DNA of 64,000 nt from Oopsacas minuta (taxonomy: Eukaryota > Animalia > Porifera). This document shows, piece by piece, positions 33,835 to 46,425 of this stretch; positions within the stretch are counted from its first letter, which is position 1; each line of letters opens with the position of its first letter. The position numbers were made by a program, and so were the translations under genes. The notes under the pieces are model-generated. The model did not search any database, was not told the origin of the DNA, and was given only the letters and a program-made list of their open reading frames with translations. The DNA lies in assembly GCA_024704765.1 (NCBI GenBank), contig JAKMXF010000288.1, positions 124,001 through 188,000 on the forward strand, written 5' to 3'.

Positions 33835-36800
33835 TCACTTTAGTACAATTTTGTATGTGATACGGAATTCTGGGTAAGCTTGTTCCCCTCTGTATATGAC
33901 ATACTCTGTGAAGGCTAGACCGCAAGCAGAAGGTCGCCCGACAACTGAATGGTGGCCAGGGGGTGAATGCGCCATACGACATGCGCTTGTGATTACATAC
34001 GGCTTGCCTAACGTAACTCTACAAAACAGTAATTGCCTTTCACAAATGTAACATGATTTATCCTTATGTTCGCTACAACCATCACCACCACCAATTCCAA
34101 ATACGTACTGGTTACTCTTAGACGAATTTTCTGCGAAATATACCCCCGCACCAAACATTCCACCTATATAAGAATGTCTCTCATCAAATCCTCCCTCTAC
34201 AATCGCGTGTATCATAGGGCTACCGTGAAATAACATATGTTCGTTAGCATGATTATGATTAGTCTCTGCTATCTCATTTCTACGATACACATATCTCTTC
34301 AATAGTCTAGAGTTAACTACACGCTCTATCTTAACTATATTATAGCTATCGAATACTCCGCCTTTATTGTCCTTGTGTTCACGTATACTATCAATAAACT
34401 CACTGGAAACGGATAGAAAATCTCTGTCTCTTCGGTCTAGCTCGACTAGGCTAGTTGAATAATCTTCTGAGTTAATTTCTGGGGTGATTTGAGTATGAGA
34501 ATCGATTGCAACTGATTTAAGGATTCTATGACGGTCTCCGTACGTTAGAATACCGATTTCTTTCAGATCGTTATGAGATACTTCGGTTAGGATATCTAAA
34601 GTTATGTGTTCCCTCTCAAACAGATCGGCGAACTGTTCCATCTCAATTGTACGTAGAAAAGTGCGTATAGAAGAATCTTTGGAGTCTGTGGATTTGATTG
34701 ATGGTAGAACAGGGATTTTGAAGGGAGGAGAAGTGATTAGGGGAGATGGTGGTGTTGATATAGAAAGGAGAGGGTGGGGTATTGTCGTTTTAGGCATGAA
34801 GTATTGGTGTGCCTGACTGCTGCCGACACCCACACGTGTGAGAGAACTCTTGGCACATCCTGGATTGACACTACCCACCCCAGCATTGCTAGAGGCCCCC
34901 ACGCCTACATCCAGTAGTTGTACACGAGTGGGGAAGGGACATAGATTTAAATGGGTGGTGGAAGCAAATACAGAAGTTGTTTGAGTGTCATCTGGCATAT
35001 ATGCTCCACTTGCAGATTGTCTCACATGAGAAGATGAGCTGGGCATAGAGACGATAGGTCTGTCTTTCGGGTAGGCGGCTTCTAACAAATTCCTGGTGTC
35101 CTCGGCTAATGCTAGATCAAGTGGTGTCTGTCCATATTGGTTTCTAAGCATAACCTGGGCTCCATGAGCTATTAACAGTGAACATAGCTGAGTGCGGCCT
35201 TTGTGGGCCGCTTCATGCAAAGGTGTGAAATTCCATTTGTCCTGTGCGTTGACGTGTCCTCCTTTGTCTATGAGGAGAGATGCTATATCGAGGTGTCCGT
35301 ATGATGAAGCATTGTGTAGTGGGATTAAGCCTCCTTTATCTTCTGCGTTAACTTCTGCACCATGTTCTAATAGATATTCAGCTACCTAGAGTTTGTTTTT
35401 ACAATCAACTCCAGTTATATCGAACGCGAATAAATTAAAATACACAAACTCATATCGAAGTCTGAAATTGTACATATATCATCCCGAACCTTCAAAGTTA
35501 CATATATTTTTACCGGTTACATAGCACTCAACATATATCGAAGCGTTATCGTGGTTCCTTGAGCTTCGATGTAACGGGGCTGACTTGTACAACAATCTGC
35601 TTATAACGGAGTAATATTAATTTCCCAAAAAATTTATATTTATTTGCAGTTAATAAATTCCTACAGAAAGTAAGAAATAATCCAATCTCAACAAAGAAAT
35701 GGCTAATTGCACAAACTTGCAACTGTCATAAACATAAAACATGCTTACCATCAAGTAATAGATAAAACACCCACAAAAGTTCAAATCAATTACTATCTAT
35801 TAAGCACCTGGCATAGAGATTAATGGTTAACTTCGTCTGGTGTGATAATTGTGTAAACTATTCGTGGTTCATAATTGCAGTGTAATTGTAGCTTGGATAT
35901 TTCTAATATTGGAAAACTATAGTTACCGGGGAATACAAATATACACGTAGGTGCTATCCAGGTGTATGTATTATCCGAACAGGAATGGAAAGTAATTTTT
36001 GGTTGAAATAAGTACAGCCAACTCCCGTTATGTCAAACACGATATCGAAGTCAGAAATTGTATCAAATATGGTCTCAAGCCGTCAAAGTAACACATTTTA
36101 TCGATTATTTCGAAGGAATTATCGTGATCCCTTGAGCTTTGATATAACCGGAGTTGACTATAATTCTCATTAACCAACTTACTTCAATTTGATTATACCC
36201 AGCTGCTAGATGTAATGGAGTACTGTTACGACCCTGTAGATCTCTACAGTTAACATTATCAGATGTCAATAATTTGGTTATTGTCAGTATATCTCCTTTC
36301 TTAGCTGCTTCTAAGAGTCCACACTCTGTGTCTCCTCGTAATAGAGTAGCCACATCTGTGTCTGTGTCCTTGACAAGGTCTAGTGGTGTGTGACCATCTC
36401 TGTACAGACCAAAATCATATAAACATATTCGAATTGAGTTTCAGACTATTTTAACGATGAATTTGCAATTTGTTGGGTAGTATATTTTTGGGTGTTAGTA
36501 TTACTGATTAACTGACAGAAACATAAAATGAGATAAAGGTTCCGTATCGTCGTTATGCTCCTTGATATTAATGTTGTATTTACCAAGATTCTATTCTCAA
36601 TGTACAGAGATAGAACTGGTGCAAATACAGTACATATAGCATTCTGTAAATCCTCATCCATACACAAGAAAGAAGAGATCAGAGAGAATGCGTGTAAAAG
36701 ACTCTATCAACCACTATGCAATGTGATATGTAAGTGTTCTGAGGGAATTAGGAAGTGGTCTGATTACAAATGGACTTTGTGGAAAACGGACAAAAACACA

Positions 36801-39800
36801 ACAAACAAACAAACAAACCTATTCTGTGTATTCTTATCAGCAAAATTCTCCAGCAATAGTTTACATATATCATACTTCCCTTTAGCAGCAGCTTCATGCA
36901 GAGGTGTATAATTCCATAAATCCTTCATATTAACATTAGCTCCGTTATCCACCAGTATCTTAGATACTTCATAATGACCGTAAGAACAAGCATTATGTAA
37001 TGCTACTAGTCCTCCTTTATCTTTAGCATGCACGTTACCTCCATGCTGTATAAGGTACTCTACTACAGCAATACGATTATAACCGGACGCAAAGTGGAGT
37101 GGAGTGCTTAATCTGCCGTCTAGATCACGACAGTTTACTACCATAGGGCTTAGTAGCTCTTTGATTTTCTCTAAGTCTCCAGCCTATACATGTTAACATG
37201 AAATAATAGAATTTTTGATAACCAATTAGTTCATAAACTTGATGGATGTAATGTTCATTTCCTATTAAGCTAATGTATCCACCAAATACAGTTGACTACC
37301 GTCAATAGGACCAATTTCTCCTGGACAAAAAGTTGTCCAATTACCCGGAGAGACTGTACTCCACATATTTTGCAAACATGAACGCCCAAAATACCACCAG
37401 TAACACATTTCGGTACATAAAAATCAATACCCCACAGAAAAATAGGAGTAACTGGAGTCCCAAATCCGGGTCTGCAAGGATGACGTAATGCTCGTCCGCC
37501 TATACTCTTTCCATTATTTCAAATCAAATCTGGGAGGCCAGAAAAATTCCATGGTGCGCATATGCCCAGCTGATAAAATTGCTATCAGACATCCTAGTTA
37601 CCTTTGAAGCCTCAAGGAATGCTTTCTCAGTAGATAACTTCTCAGCAGATCTCGGTCTTTCGGTTAACAAACTGACGGTATTAGTGCCAGCTAGAGCACT
37701 AGCCTTAATCCCATGTTGTGACGTAATATCTGGATCAGCCCCGTGATCTAACAAGAGACTGGTTAAACTAGGACAATCCTGTGATAGAGCGTGGTGTAGT
37801 GCTGTCTTGCCTTCTCCGTCAGGAGAGTTAACTAAGGCTCCATTCAATAGTAGTACCTAGAGAACAGTGGATTCTAGTTCATAAGAATCTTAGCTTAAAA
37901 ACCTTTCAATGAATATTGCCTCAGTTAAAATGTACTACGGATAAGTAATATGAATTTAGAGATAGTGGAATTTTGTTAAGAGCATAATTTATAGAATTTC
38001 TAGATAAGACGAACAAATATTTATATTTCTCCGGTTATTACAAACTTTGGATAAATGGAACATATTTTGACAGTCCGTTAGTGTTCTTATTAAGGCTACA
38101 CCGTTAGTTACGCATACTTACCAACAACTTCACAATATCCCGGGATTACACGTTATTCCCCCAAATATCCAGAAATATAGCAAAAAATTGCAGTATTTCT
38201 CCTTGATCGTACGTCAAATCCCGGGATTACTCAAGGATCCCAGGAGGGTCGGCGAGTATGGTCACGGTAAGGATATATATATATAATAGCTATGACCCCA
38301 AACTCATACCTCTGTAGCATCGGAATGCTGGTTAACAACAGACAAATGTAGTGCTGATAATTTCTGTTGATTGAGTAAGCATAGATCTGCTCCTCTCTTA
38401 ACTATCAGTTCTACAGCTTGTCTCTTCTTACTGCTAGAGCTTAGTACAGCACAGTGTAATGATGCATTTTGTGTCAGAGGGTGCTGAAAGTTTATTGTCT
38501 CATTACAGGCTAGTTTCTTTAGCTGGAATAGATCACTAGAGACAATGGATGCTGATTAATAGGTTTATAGGATTAGCTACAGATTATGACCAAGGGCTAC
38601 ATTAATACCAACCATGAATCAGCTGCTGCTAGAAGCGAATAAGCTTTGTATTCAAATGCAATTCTGTTAGACATCTCCTGACTAGGAGCTAGGAATAGAG
38701 CTGAATTGTTATGACAATTAAATAGAGTCGGATTACCACCATGTGCTAGAAGGAAAGAACAAACTTCCATCTTCCCTTTACAAGAAGCTTCATGTAATGG
38801 AGTGAATTGCCATAAATCCATAGCGTTAACATCAGCTCCATGTCTTACTAGTAGCTCAGCTACCTCTAGATGTCCGTAGGAACAAGCGTTATGTAGTGGT
38901 ACTAGTCCTCCTAGAAATGTAGTGAGAGGATTGGTTAGTTGTACTTATAATACAATCCCTATTCGGATAAGACGTCCACTCGGATAGTAAGCGCTAATTC
39001 TAGCTTCCCAAAGAATGCATTTTGTATGGTAAATAGTAACTCACAAAATAGCAAGGAAATTAATGCAAATAAGATTAGTATATACACACCTTTATCCTTA
39101 GCATGAGCATCACCTCCCATCTGTAACAATATTTCACAGACTTTAATCCTATTATATCCAGCAGCTAAATGTAACGGAGTACTCTTTCTTCCATCACTAG
39201 CATGACAATTAACATTCAACGGAGTAAGTAGGTTAATAAGTATATCTTCTTGTCCTGATTTAGCAGTGTCTAACAACTCGTCTATATTATATTCCCCTGT
39301 TAATACCTGTTTTACTGGTTCATCTAGTGCAAGGTCTAATGCTGTCTTACCCTCTGTGTTACGGAGTGTAGAATCAGATCTGTTCTGTAGCAGAGCAGTA
39401 CACACACAGGCCTAGAAAGAGTACAATAGTTTAAATTTGGTATTTTATCCAATTCATTGTCTATTGTTTTAGGAGATCTTTGTACAAATACTATCACATA
39501 CTCAGGGATTTTCAAATATTTCCATGGATTTCCAAGTGTTACTTCGATCAATCACAATTCAGATTATTATCTGGGAAAAAAGAGGCAATAAATTTGCAAA
39601 CTTTTGTGGATTTCTTGAAAATCAGGGAAATCTATCTACTTATCTATCTACTTATCTACCTACTTATCTATCTACTTATCTATCTATCTACTTATCTATC
39701 CATCTACTTATCTATCTATCTACTTATCTATCTACCTACTTATCTATCTACTTATCTATCCATCTACTTATCTATCTACTTATCTATCTATCTACTTATC

Positions 39801-42800
39801 TATCTATCTACTATCTATCTACTTATCTATCTACTTATCTATCTACTTATCTATCTATCTACTTATCTATCTATCTACTTATCTATCTATCTACTTATCT
39901 ATCTACTTATCTATCTATCTACTTATCTATCTACTTATCTATCTATCTACTTATCTATCTATCTACTTATCTATCTATCTACTTATCTATCTACTTATCT
40001 ATCTACTTATCTATCCATCTACTTATCTATCTACTTATCTATCTACTTATCTATCCATCTACTTATCTATCTACTTATCTATCCATCTACTTATCTATCT
40101 ACTTATCTATCCATCTACTTATCTATCTACTTATCTATCCATCTACTTATCTATCTACTTATCTATCCATCTACTTATCTATCTACTTATCTATCTACTT
40201 ATCTATCCATCTACTTATCTATCTACTTATCTATCTACAGTGGGACCTCATTAACACGAACACGGTTGATTCAAATATCCTCATAAGACGAAGGTCCTTA
40301 CAATTGTTATCCAATTAGAATTATTCTGGCTAATACTAACTCCGTTAAAGCGAATACATTTTGATTCTTCATTAGAGTTTGTATTAACCAGTTTTCTGTG
40401 AAAATGTCTCATCTAGCAATACACAATGTATGAAAATTTTGTAATAATAAAGTAGTCACAAAATATATACACAAGTGGTAAATATGCAAAAATATTTATA
40501 ACTTATAAATTCAGTTCTCCCGCAGATCCCAATTTACTACATCCATGTATAAACATCAAAATATTCCAAGCATCTGTCTGACAAACAGAAAAGCGTTGTT
40601 GTATCTCTTTAGTTACCATCCCCATATCACTATCTATCTGTTTAATATGCTCAATAATTGACTCTTCGCTTTTATCAGCAAAACGCTCTATGTTCTTCAA
40701 ATCAGAAATATTGGCAGTAAATCCTCTATGTGCTTGTAGCAGAATACTGTATCCCCTTCCTCCATCGATGTTACTCCCCTCAACTGTTTCTAGCCCTTGC
40801 TCTAAATTCCTATTTACAGACTCAAGATGACCTTGTATTTCCTCTAATTCCTTCTCGAGCGCTTTCAACTTAAGCTTCCGACTACCCCCAAGCATCGGGA
40901 TAGTAATCAGCCAACCTACTCCACCGGTTATAACACATATAATACCGAGTAAAATATTTGCTATTGATGTCACAATGAGAACAGCTGGTATCAATACCAA
41001 CCCAATTCCACATAAAACACATAGAACTAGCACACCAAGTTTTCCAAGGTTTTCAAACTTTGAACTCAACAATTCAGCTATTTGAGTTTTCCAAGATTTA
41101 TCAGCAAGTGTGAATGAGCCCGCGTCTATCTCTGCAGAAAATGGCACCGGGAAGTATTGATCGATTTTGCTACAGAATTCTTCCAAAGCCTTTTTATCTT
41201 CACCGAAATTCAATGCATTACTCAATAGAGTTCTTGCTTCAGAAATTATGAAGGAAATTCTAATACTCAATGCGATTCCTGTGTCGACCTTTTCTCGTGT
41301 CTGTTTGATCAATGCTCGAAGCCATTCCACGCATATTCCATTTTTCATCATTGAATTTCCCTTTTGTTGCAACTTTGAATCGCAAATATTCGATCGATTA
41401 AGAAAATTTTCAATTTTGATAACTCTATCCAAAACCCTGTTATATAATTTTGAGATATCAAACGTGTTGATGTTTTCCAAAGATTCGCTTGCCCGCTCCA
41501 AACTCTCATGCACCGATAATTTCTCAATTCTATCCACAGATTCAGGAGTCAAATATCCTTCATTATTGTATTTAACATCGAAAACTTTTTCAATCAAATT
41601 TCTAATCGCTTCACTCTTTTGTCCTGCCTCAGTTAAAACTTTCTCGGCTCCTGATTGAGATATTTTCTCGACAACACCAATTGCGTATTGTGCCATTACT
41701 CTTATTTCAACTTAATGATTGATCAAAAGCATTGAAATTACTTGTAATTATACGTACAGTCTTGTCATGCTAAGAATATATATTAGAGAGCTTTTATTTG
41801 ATTCGTATTATATAGCACTAATTTCTGTAATTTGTAATAATTATCTTATCTTATAGCCCATGGAAAGTTTAGAGGAATATATTTATATGGCAATAGCTAT
41901 GATTTTTCCAAATTGCTTAAAGTATCATACACAATATCTATCTCGTGATTGCTTTACATGCTGATATCCCAAACGCTATGAGTAACATATCTTGTTAATA
42001 AAATGATTCGATAGCAAAAATATGAACTAAACTTATAAACTAAAGGGATAGAGTATTCCCATAAATTATGTATCGCAAGCAAGCAATGATTTGTATAATT
42101 ATTAGTTAGAACTTTGTAGATATTATAATAGTTCATCACACATATGTCACATACGAGCACGTGATTTATTGCATACGAGTATTGCTTGGGATAATTATAT
42201 TATAGTACAGATCTGATAAGTAAAATATGGAATGACAAAGCTTCGTCAGGTTTTTGATATATCTATGGATGTTTTGGGATACTACGTGGGTCAAACAATG
42301 TATTAAAGCAAAGACTTAGGTTCATAAATTAGTGAATTTAGCAATTACTGATTTGAACGAAAATCGTAGTAGAATTTTTATCAGAAATAGCATATTCTGG
42401 AAAATATATTCCCTACTTGTTCCAACAAGATCTATTAGGCCACTGTTAGTTTGAAAGATGTTTCAGCTCCACCGCCCGCATCAATGAATATTGTAATTAT
42501 TTCACCATTTATCAGTGAAATTCAACTACACAATATATTTACTAACTAACGGGTGAATAGTAGTGATTTTATTTATCTTCACGGACTTCTTTTAACACGG
42601 CTAATTAACATCAGTAAGTCCTCTCTAATTGCCCGTTTCGGGCCCCATTGCCACTGATGGACAATTAGAGAGGACCAACTGTATTTAGAAGTAGTCATTG
42701 AAATATTTTTGAATAGATGGACATCATGTAGAGCTGAAAAGAGTCTCTCATTAATAGCAAAGATAAGACAATCCGTATTTGTAGTACAATTAATCAACAA

Positions 42801-43397
42801 AAATTAGTAAAATAAACACAAATAAATATCGGCAAAAAAAATACAAACCTTTCCTTTATTGCTTGCCTCATGTAACGGAGTGTACCCCCATTTATCTCTA
42901 CTGTTAGGATCAGCACCATGCTCCAGTAGACAGGTAACGACCTCAACATGTCCGAAAGAGCATGCGTTATGCAATGCAATTAATCCCCCGTCATCTTTCG
43001 TATTAACCTGTGCTCCATTAGACAATAGACATTCTACAGTGTCTCTACGGCCAAACCCAGCTGCGAAATGTAACGCTGTACTTTTCCGTCCGTTCATATC
43101 TTTAGCGTTTATATCGATTTGTTGACTAACTAATTTCTGGATTTTAGTCATTTCACCGCGTCTGGATGCTTCGAAAAGTTGCAATTCTAATGCGGAATTT
43201 TTAGATTTTCCGAGCGTGTCGGCACTCGGTGTTTCTAGAGTAAGTGGTAGTCTTTGTGGTTGTATGGAAGGTAGGATTGTGACGTCATGTTCTGGGGTTG
43301 TATCGGATGAGACAGGGAGATCATTTGTTACAGGTGTTGTATTTATTTTCTTTAAAGTATTCGTTGCAGATTCATCGTTATCTTCACTTACATTCAT
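33835..43397 (-). CDS. TNKS: Tankyrase (poly-ADP-ribosyltransferase): 5 ankyrin repeat clusters, SAM, PARP catalytic domain; ~8 exons
   Basis: ARC motifs ([42 protein letters not shown]), SAM ([32 protein letters not shown]), catalytic LFHGS / [16 protein letters not shown] / EYVIY triad, and Zn motif [12 protein letters not shown]. Intron 1 is 42848-39412 (KGK|ACVCTALL). Confidence 0.96.
39630..40237. repeat. ~600-bp compound microsatellite (TATC/TACT/CATC; GATA-type) in tankyrase intron 1
   Basis: Directly visible tandem 4-mer array with 12/16/28-bp higher-order units. It ends at TA|CAGTGGGACCTC. Confidence 0.97.
40503..41696 (-). CDS. Intronless 397-aa alpha-helical protein with a ~50-aa central hydrophobic hairpin, nested on the same strand in tankyrase intron 1
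   Basis: ATG-initiated 1194-nt ORF in AT-rich DNA with a protein-like composition. The hydrophobic stretch [52 protein letters not shown] is flanked by coiled coils. It lies wholly within the 39412-42848 intron. Confidence 0.75.
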   Translation of the reverse strand: MAQYAIGVVEKISQSGAEKVLTEAGQKSEAIRNLIEKVFDVKYNNEGYLTPESVDRIEKLSVHESLERASESLENINTFDISKLYNRVLDRVIKIENFLNRSNICDSKLQQKGNSMMKNGICVEWLRALIKQTREKVDTGIALSIRISFIISEARTLLSNALNFGEDKKALEEFCSKIDQYFPVPFSAEIDAGSFTLADKSWKTQIAELLSSKFENLGKLGVLVLCVLCGIGLVLIPAVLIVTSIANILLGIICVITGGVGWLITIPMLGGSRKLKLKALEKELEEIQGHLESVNRNLEQGLETVEGSNIDGGRGYSILLQAHRGFTANISDLKNIERFADKSEESIIEHIKQIDSDMGMVTKEIQQRFSVCQTDAWNILMFIHGCSKLGSAGELNL

Positions 43398-43883
43398 GCT
43401 ACTTATACGTTTAAAATATAAAAATTTTAGTTATTAAGATTTGATTATTATTCGAATACTGTTTAATTCAGCAGGTTCCACCGGTGACCCTCTGTACCAA
43501 TGTAAATACATTCTGGACCCCTCCCATATTCTGCTATAGATCGTGTGGCCCTGTTGTCTCCGTGGACCCCATGGTGGGAACCGCTGACGAATTTTAGAAT
43601 TCAGGTTTCTGAAAATTAACCGTATGGAAAAGGGAATTCGCATTTCAGTAAATTAGCAGAGATTGATGTATGGTAATGTGTGACTATGGAATCCCAACAT
43701 ATGAGTAAATATCACGAACAATTGGGCTCAGATTAGATTAGAAATTCACCAAAGACAGGTTGTGACATTCTGTTAGTAATTTCATAAATATAACATCACG
43801 CACAATGTTACAAGTAAAAGTAACAAATAAGAAAACTTCTGAACATATATAACTTGATATTTACACAAGGATGCTTGCTTAGT

Positions 43884-45144
43884 TTAGAAAAGAGAGAATG
43901 CTTGTAGCGTTGATTCTCTTTCTGATCTACTGTAATAATAGACCCTAAGTTATCTACTGCTACCCCACAGAGAGAAGAAAACTCTCCTGCAGCTGTTCCC
44001 TTCTTACCGAACTGATATATCAGTTTACCTTCATTAGAGAATATCTTTACTTCATCAGTTCCTCCATCAGATACAATTATGTTGAATTGTTGATCCAAAC
44101 AGAAGAACCAAGCTTTATTTAATAAATCATTCTTGATGAGACATCTGAGGAGAATTCCTTCTCTTGAAAATGTTTGGAGAGGATATTCTGTATCAGTCAA
44201 TAAAACATAGAATTCTCCTTCCACGTATGAGATATCTCTAATTCCAGTTTCACCTTGTTTATGGAAATTAGAGATTAGAGGTATTTGATTTTCTTCTTTC
44301 AAATCAATAGATAGACTTATAAGCTTCATATTTCTGTATACACCAACATAGATATGGATATTGTCTGTACAAATACCTCCTATCAGATATCCACATGATT
44401 TGTAGCTTTCTATCTTAAAAGTTAAATCGTTTAGTTTCAGAATACATCTGTGACATTGTATTAAAATAGAATTCTTAATAAAAAGGATATTCTCTGGTAG
44501 AACCATTTTTACATCTTTAACACTTCTAATCCAATTCCTTCTTTAGAGAATATCTGAATTCTGTAATGATACCAATCAGCTACATAAATGTTATTATTCA
44601 CAGGATTTATTGTTATACCTCGTGGGCAATTAAGTTGTTTATCCCCGTCACCTCTAGTACAAGAACTCCACTTGAATTGAATAGGATTATCTTCTGATGA
44701 CTTTAGGATCTGTTTGCTACAGCCACACAGTTTGTTTATGCTATCTCTCAGTTCATTCACTCTCCATGTCAGTTTAATGTAAGGAATTTCTATGTCCATT
44801 TCTTTATGAACTGATTTGAAAGTCTCAGTGAAATCTATTGTAGGAATGGCAGTAGGATTCAAGTTTAGGAAAAGTTTTTCCATCGCTTTTTTGTACTCGT
44901 TAATCTCTACAATATTCTTCTCAATGTCTTGCCTTCTCTTCTCCTTTCTCTCATTCACTTCTGTCCAAATACTGTCCAATTCTCTCAACACCTCTTCTGA
45001 TTTCATGTCTATCAGCTGTTTCATTTCTTCTCTAACACGAATTACTTCTGATTTATTCTCATCAATCACTTTTTTCAATAAATTCAGTTTCTTCTCAAGC
45101 TTATCACCCACTGGGATTGGATTAACAGGATTAACTGATGCCAT
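43884..45144 (-). pseudogene. Coiled-coil + NHL-repeat (TRIM2/71-like beta-propeller) gene with two apparent 1-bp deletions
   Basis: NHL motifs LNCPRGITINPVNNNIYVADW..RIQIFS, PLQTFSREG, and IIVSDGGTDEVKIFSNEGKLIYQFGKKGTAAGEFSSLCGVAVD. Restoring 1 nt at ~44535 (EGNWIRSVKDVKMVLP) and at ~43907 (RLQAFSLF*) gives one 420-aa ORF. Confidence 0.75.
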
Positions 45145-45642
45145 TCCAATACCTCTCACTCAAATATTAAACTCTTATTATATTATAATCTAGAAAATAT
45201 TACTTTTATAACTTGGCTAATAAATCTGCTATCAAATTTCATAATATACATTTGTATTATGGATAATGGTACTAAATATTTCTCAATCATTAGGGGTTAT
45301 TCACTCGTCACAACAATTCTTACTACATACCATGAATCATAGCATTCTATACATGAATATATTCACCAACTCCCCTAACGTGCTTCTGTGACGTGTTATG
45401 TCCCAATTTCCATGGTTACCTCGTTGGTATTTGTCTGCACCCCTCAGCGAGGGAGGCAATCATTGAAAGGGGCTACTATTCGAAATATTATCGTATTATT
45501 AATCGCGTTCGAATTCTAACAAATACAAAATATAATTAATTGAAAAGAGAAACAATTCAATTACAATATTAAGGGGCCCAATAGAAATACATAACGAACA
45601 GATCCAATATACAATTAATATAGTTCAGTAAAATTGCATAAA

Positions 45643-46425
45643 CTAAGCAGAGCAGCAGCTAGTCTTTCCGGGGCTACTGTCCTTATGCTTAAGGCGAATC
45701 GATTTATCACCGATATCATTATCAGGGCAAGAGGCATGCAGGGGTGATTTGGGTGGACAGGTTTCTTTCCCGTTTAGAGAACTCTGTGGGAAACTATTTG
45801 TTGAGGTAATCTTTGTGCTTTTATCTCTGGAAACGGATAATTCCCGGACACTAGGTCGCATTCTATTCGGCCTATAAACACCGTGTTGAATATGAATCTC
45901 ACGAGCTAACATGGAAAAGGCTTCGTTTACATTAGTCCCGTTCTTCGCACTAGTTTCAATGAAATTGTATGAATGGTCGGTGGCGACTGCTTGAGCCTCA
46001 CGTGTCGATACTTGTCTCACTTCTTCCAAATCCGATTTATTTCCAACAATCAAAACTCCTTCTTCTCGAACGCCATATGACTCGAAGGAATTTATCCAAT
46101 AATTCAATTGATCGAATGATTTTCTATTTGTAACATCAAATACTAGGACAATGCCTTTAGCGCCTCGAAACAGCTGTTTGGACAACGTACGGAATCTTTC
46201 CTGTCCAGCTGTGTCCCAGACCTGTAGTCGCACGGGTACCCCCTCTACGTCCACTATTTTTGTACGGAAGTCCAGACCAATTGTTGAGATTAGTCCATTT
46301 TTAAATACACCCTCTGCATATTTGTATAACAGAGCTGTTTTACCGACTGCACTCTCTCCAACAATTACTATTTTGTATTCTGCGGAATACTTGCTTTCCT
46401 CGTTTGGAGCATCTTCACTTGCCAT
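45643..46425 (-). CDS. Rab-family small GTPase (Rab8/10/13/15-like), intronless, long C-terminal tail ending CCSA
   Basis: GESAVGKT, STIGLDF, WDTAGQERF, GNKSD, ETSAK motifs and a double-Cys prenylation signal. Confidence 0.9.
   Translation of the reverse strand: MASEDAPNEESKYSAEYKIVIVGESAVGKTALLYKYAEGVFKNGLISTIGLDFRTKIVDVEGVPVRLQVWDTAGQERFRTLSKQLFRGAKGIVLVFDVTNRKSFDQLNYWINSFESYGVREEGVLIVGNKSDLEEVRQVSTREAQAVATDHSYNFIETSAKNGTNVNEAFSMLAREIHIQHGVYRPNRMRPSVRELSVSRDKSTKITSTNSFPQSSLNGKETCPPKSPLHASCPDNDIGDKSIRLKHKDSSPGKTSCCSA

Noticed and set aside
39480-40318. Two long + strand ORFs (268 and 264 aa, LSIY/YLST repeats)
   Set aside because: They are translations of the TATC/TACT microsatellite, which lacks stops in those frames, and they lie antisense in a tankyrase intron.
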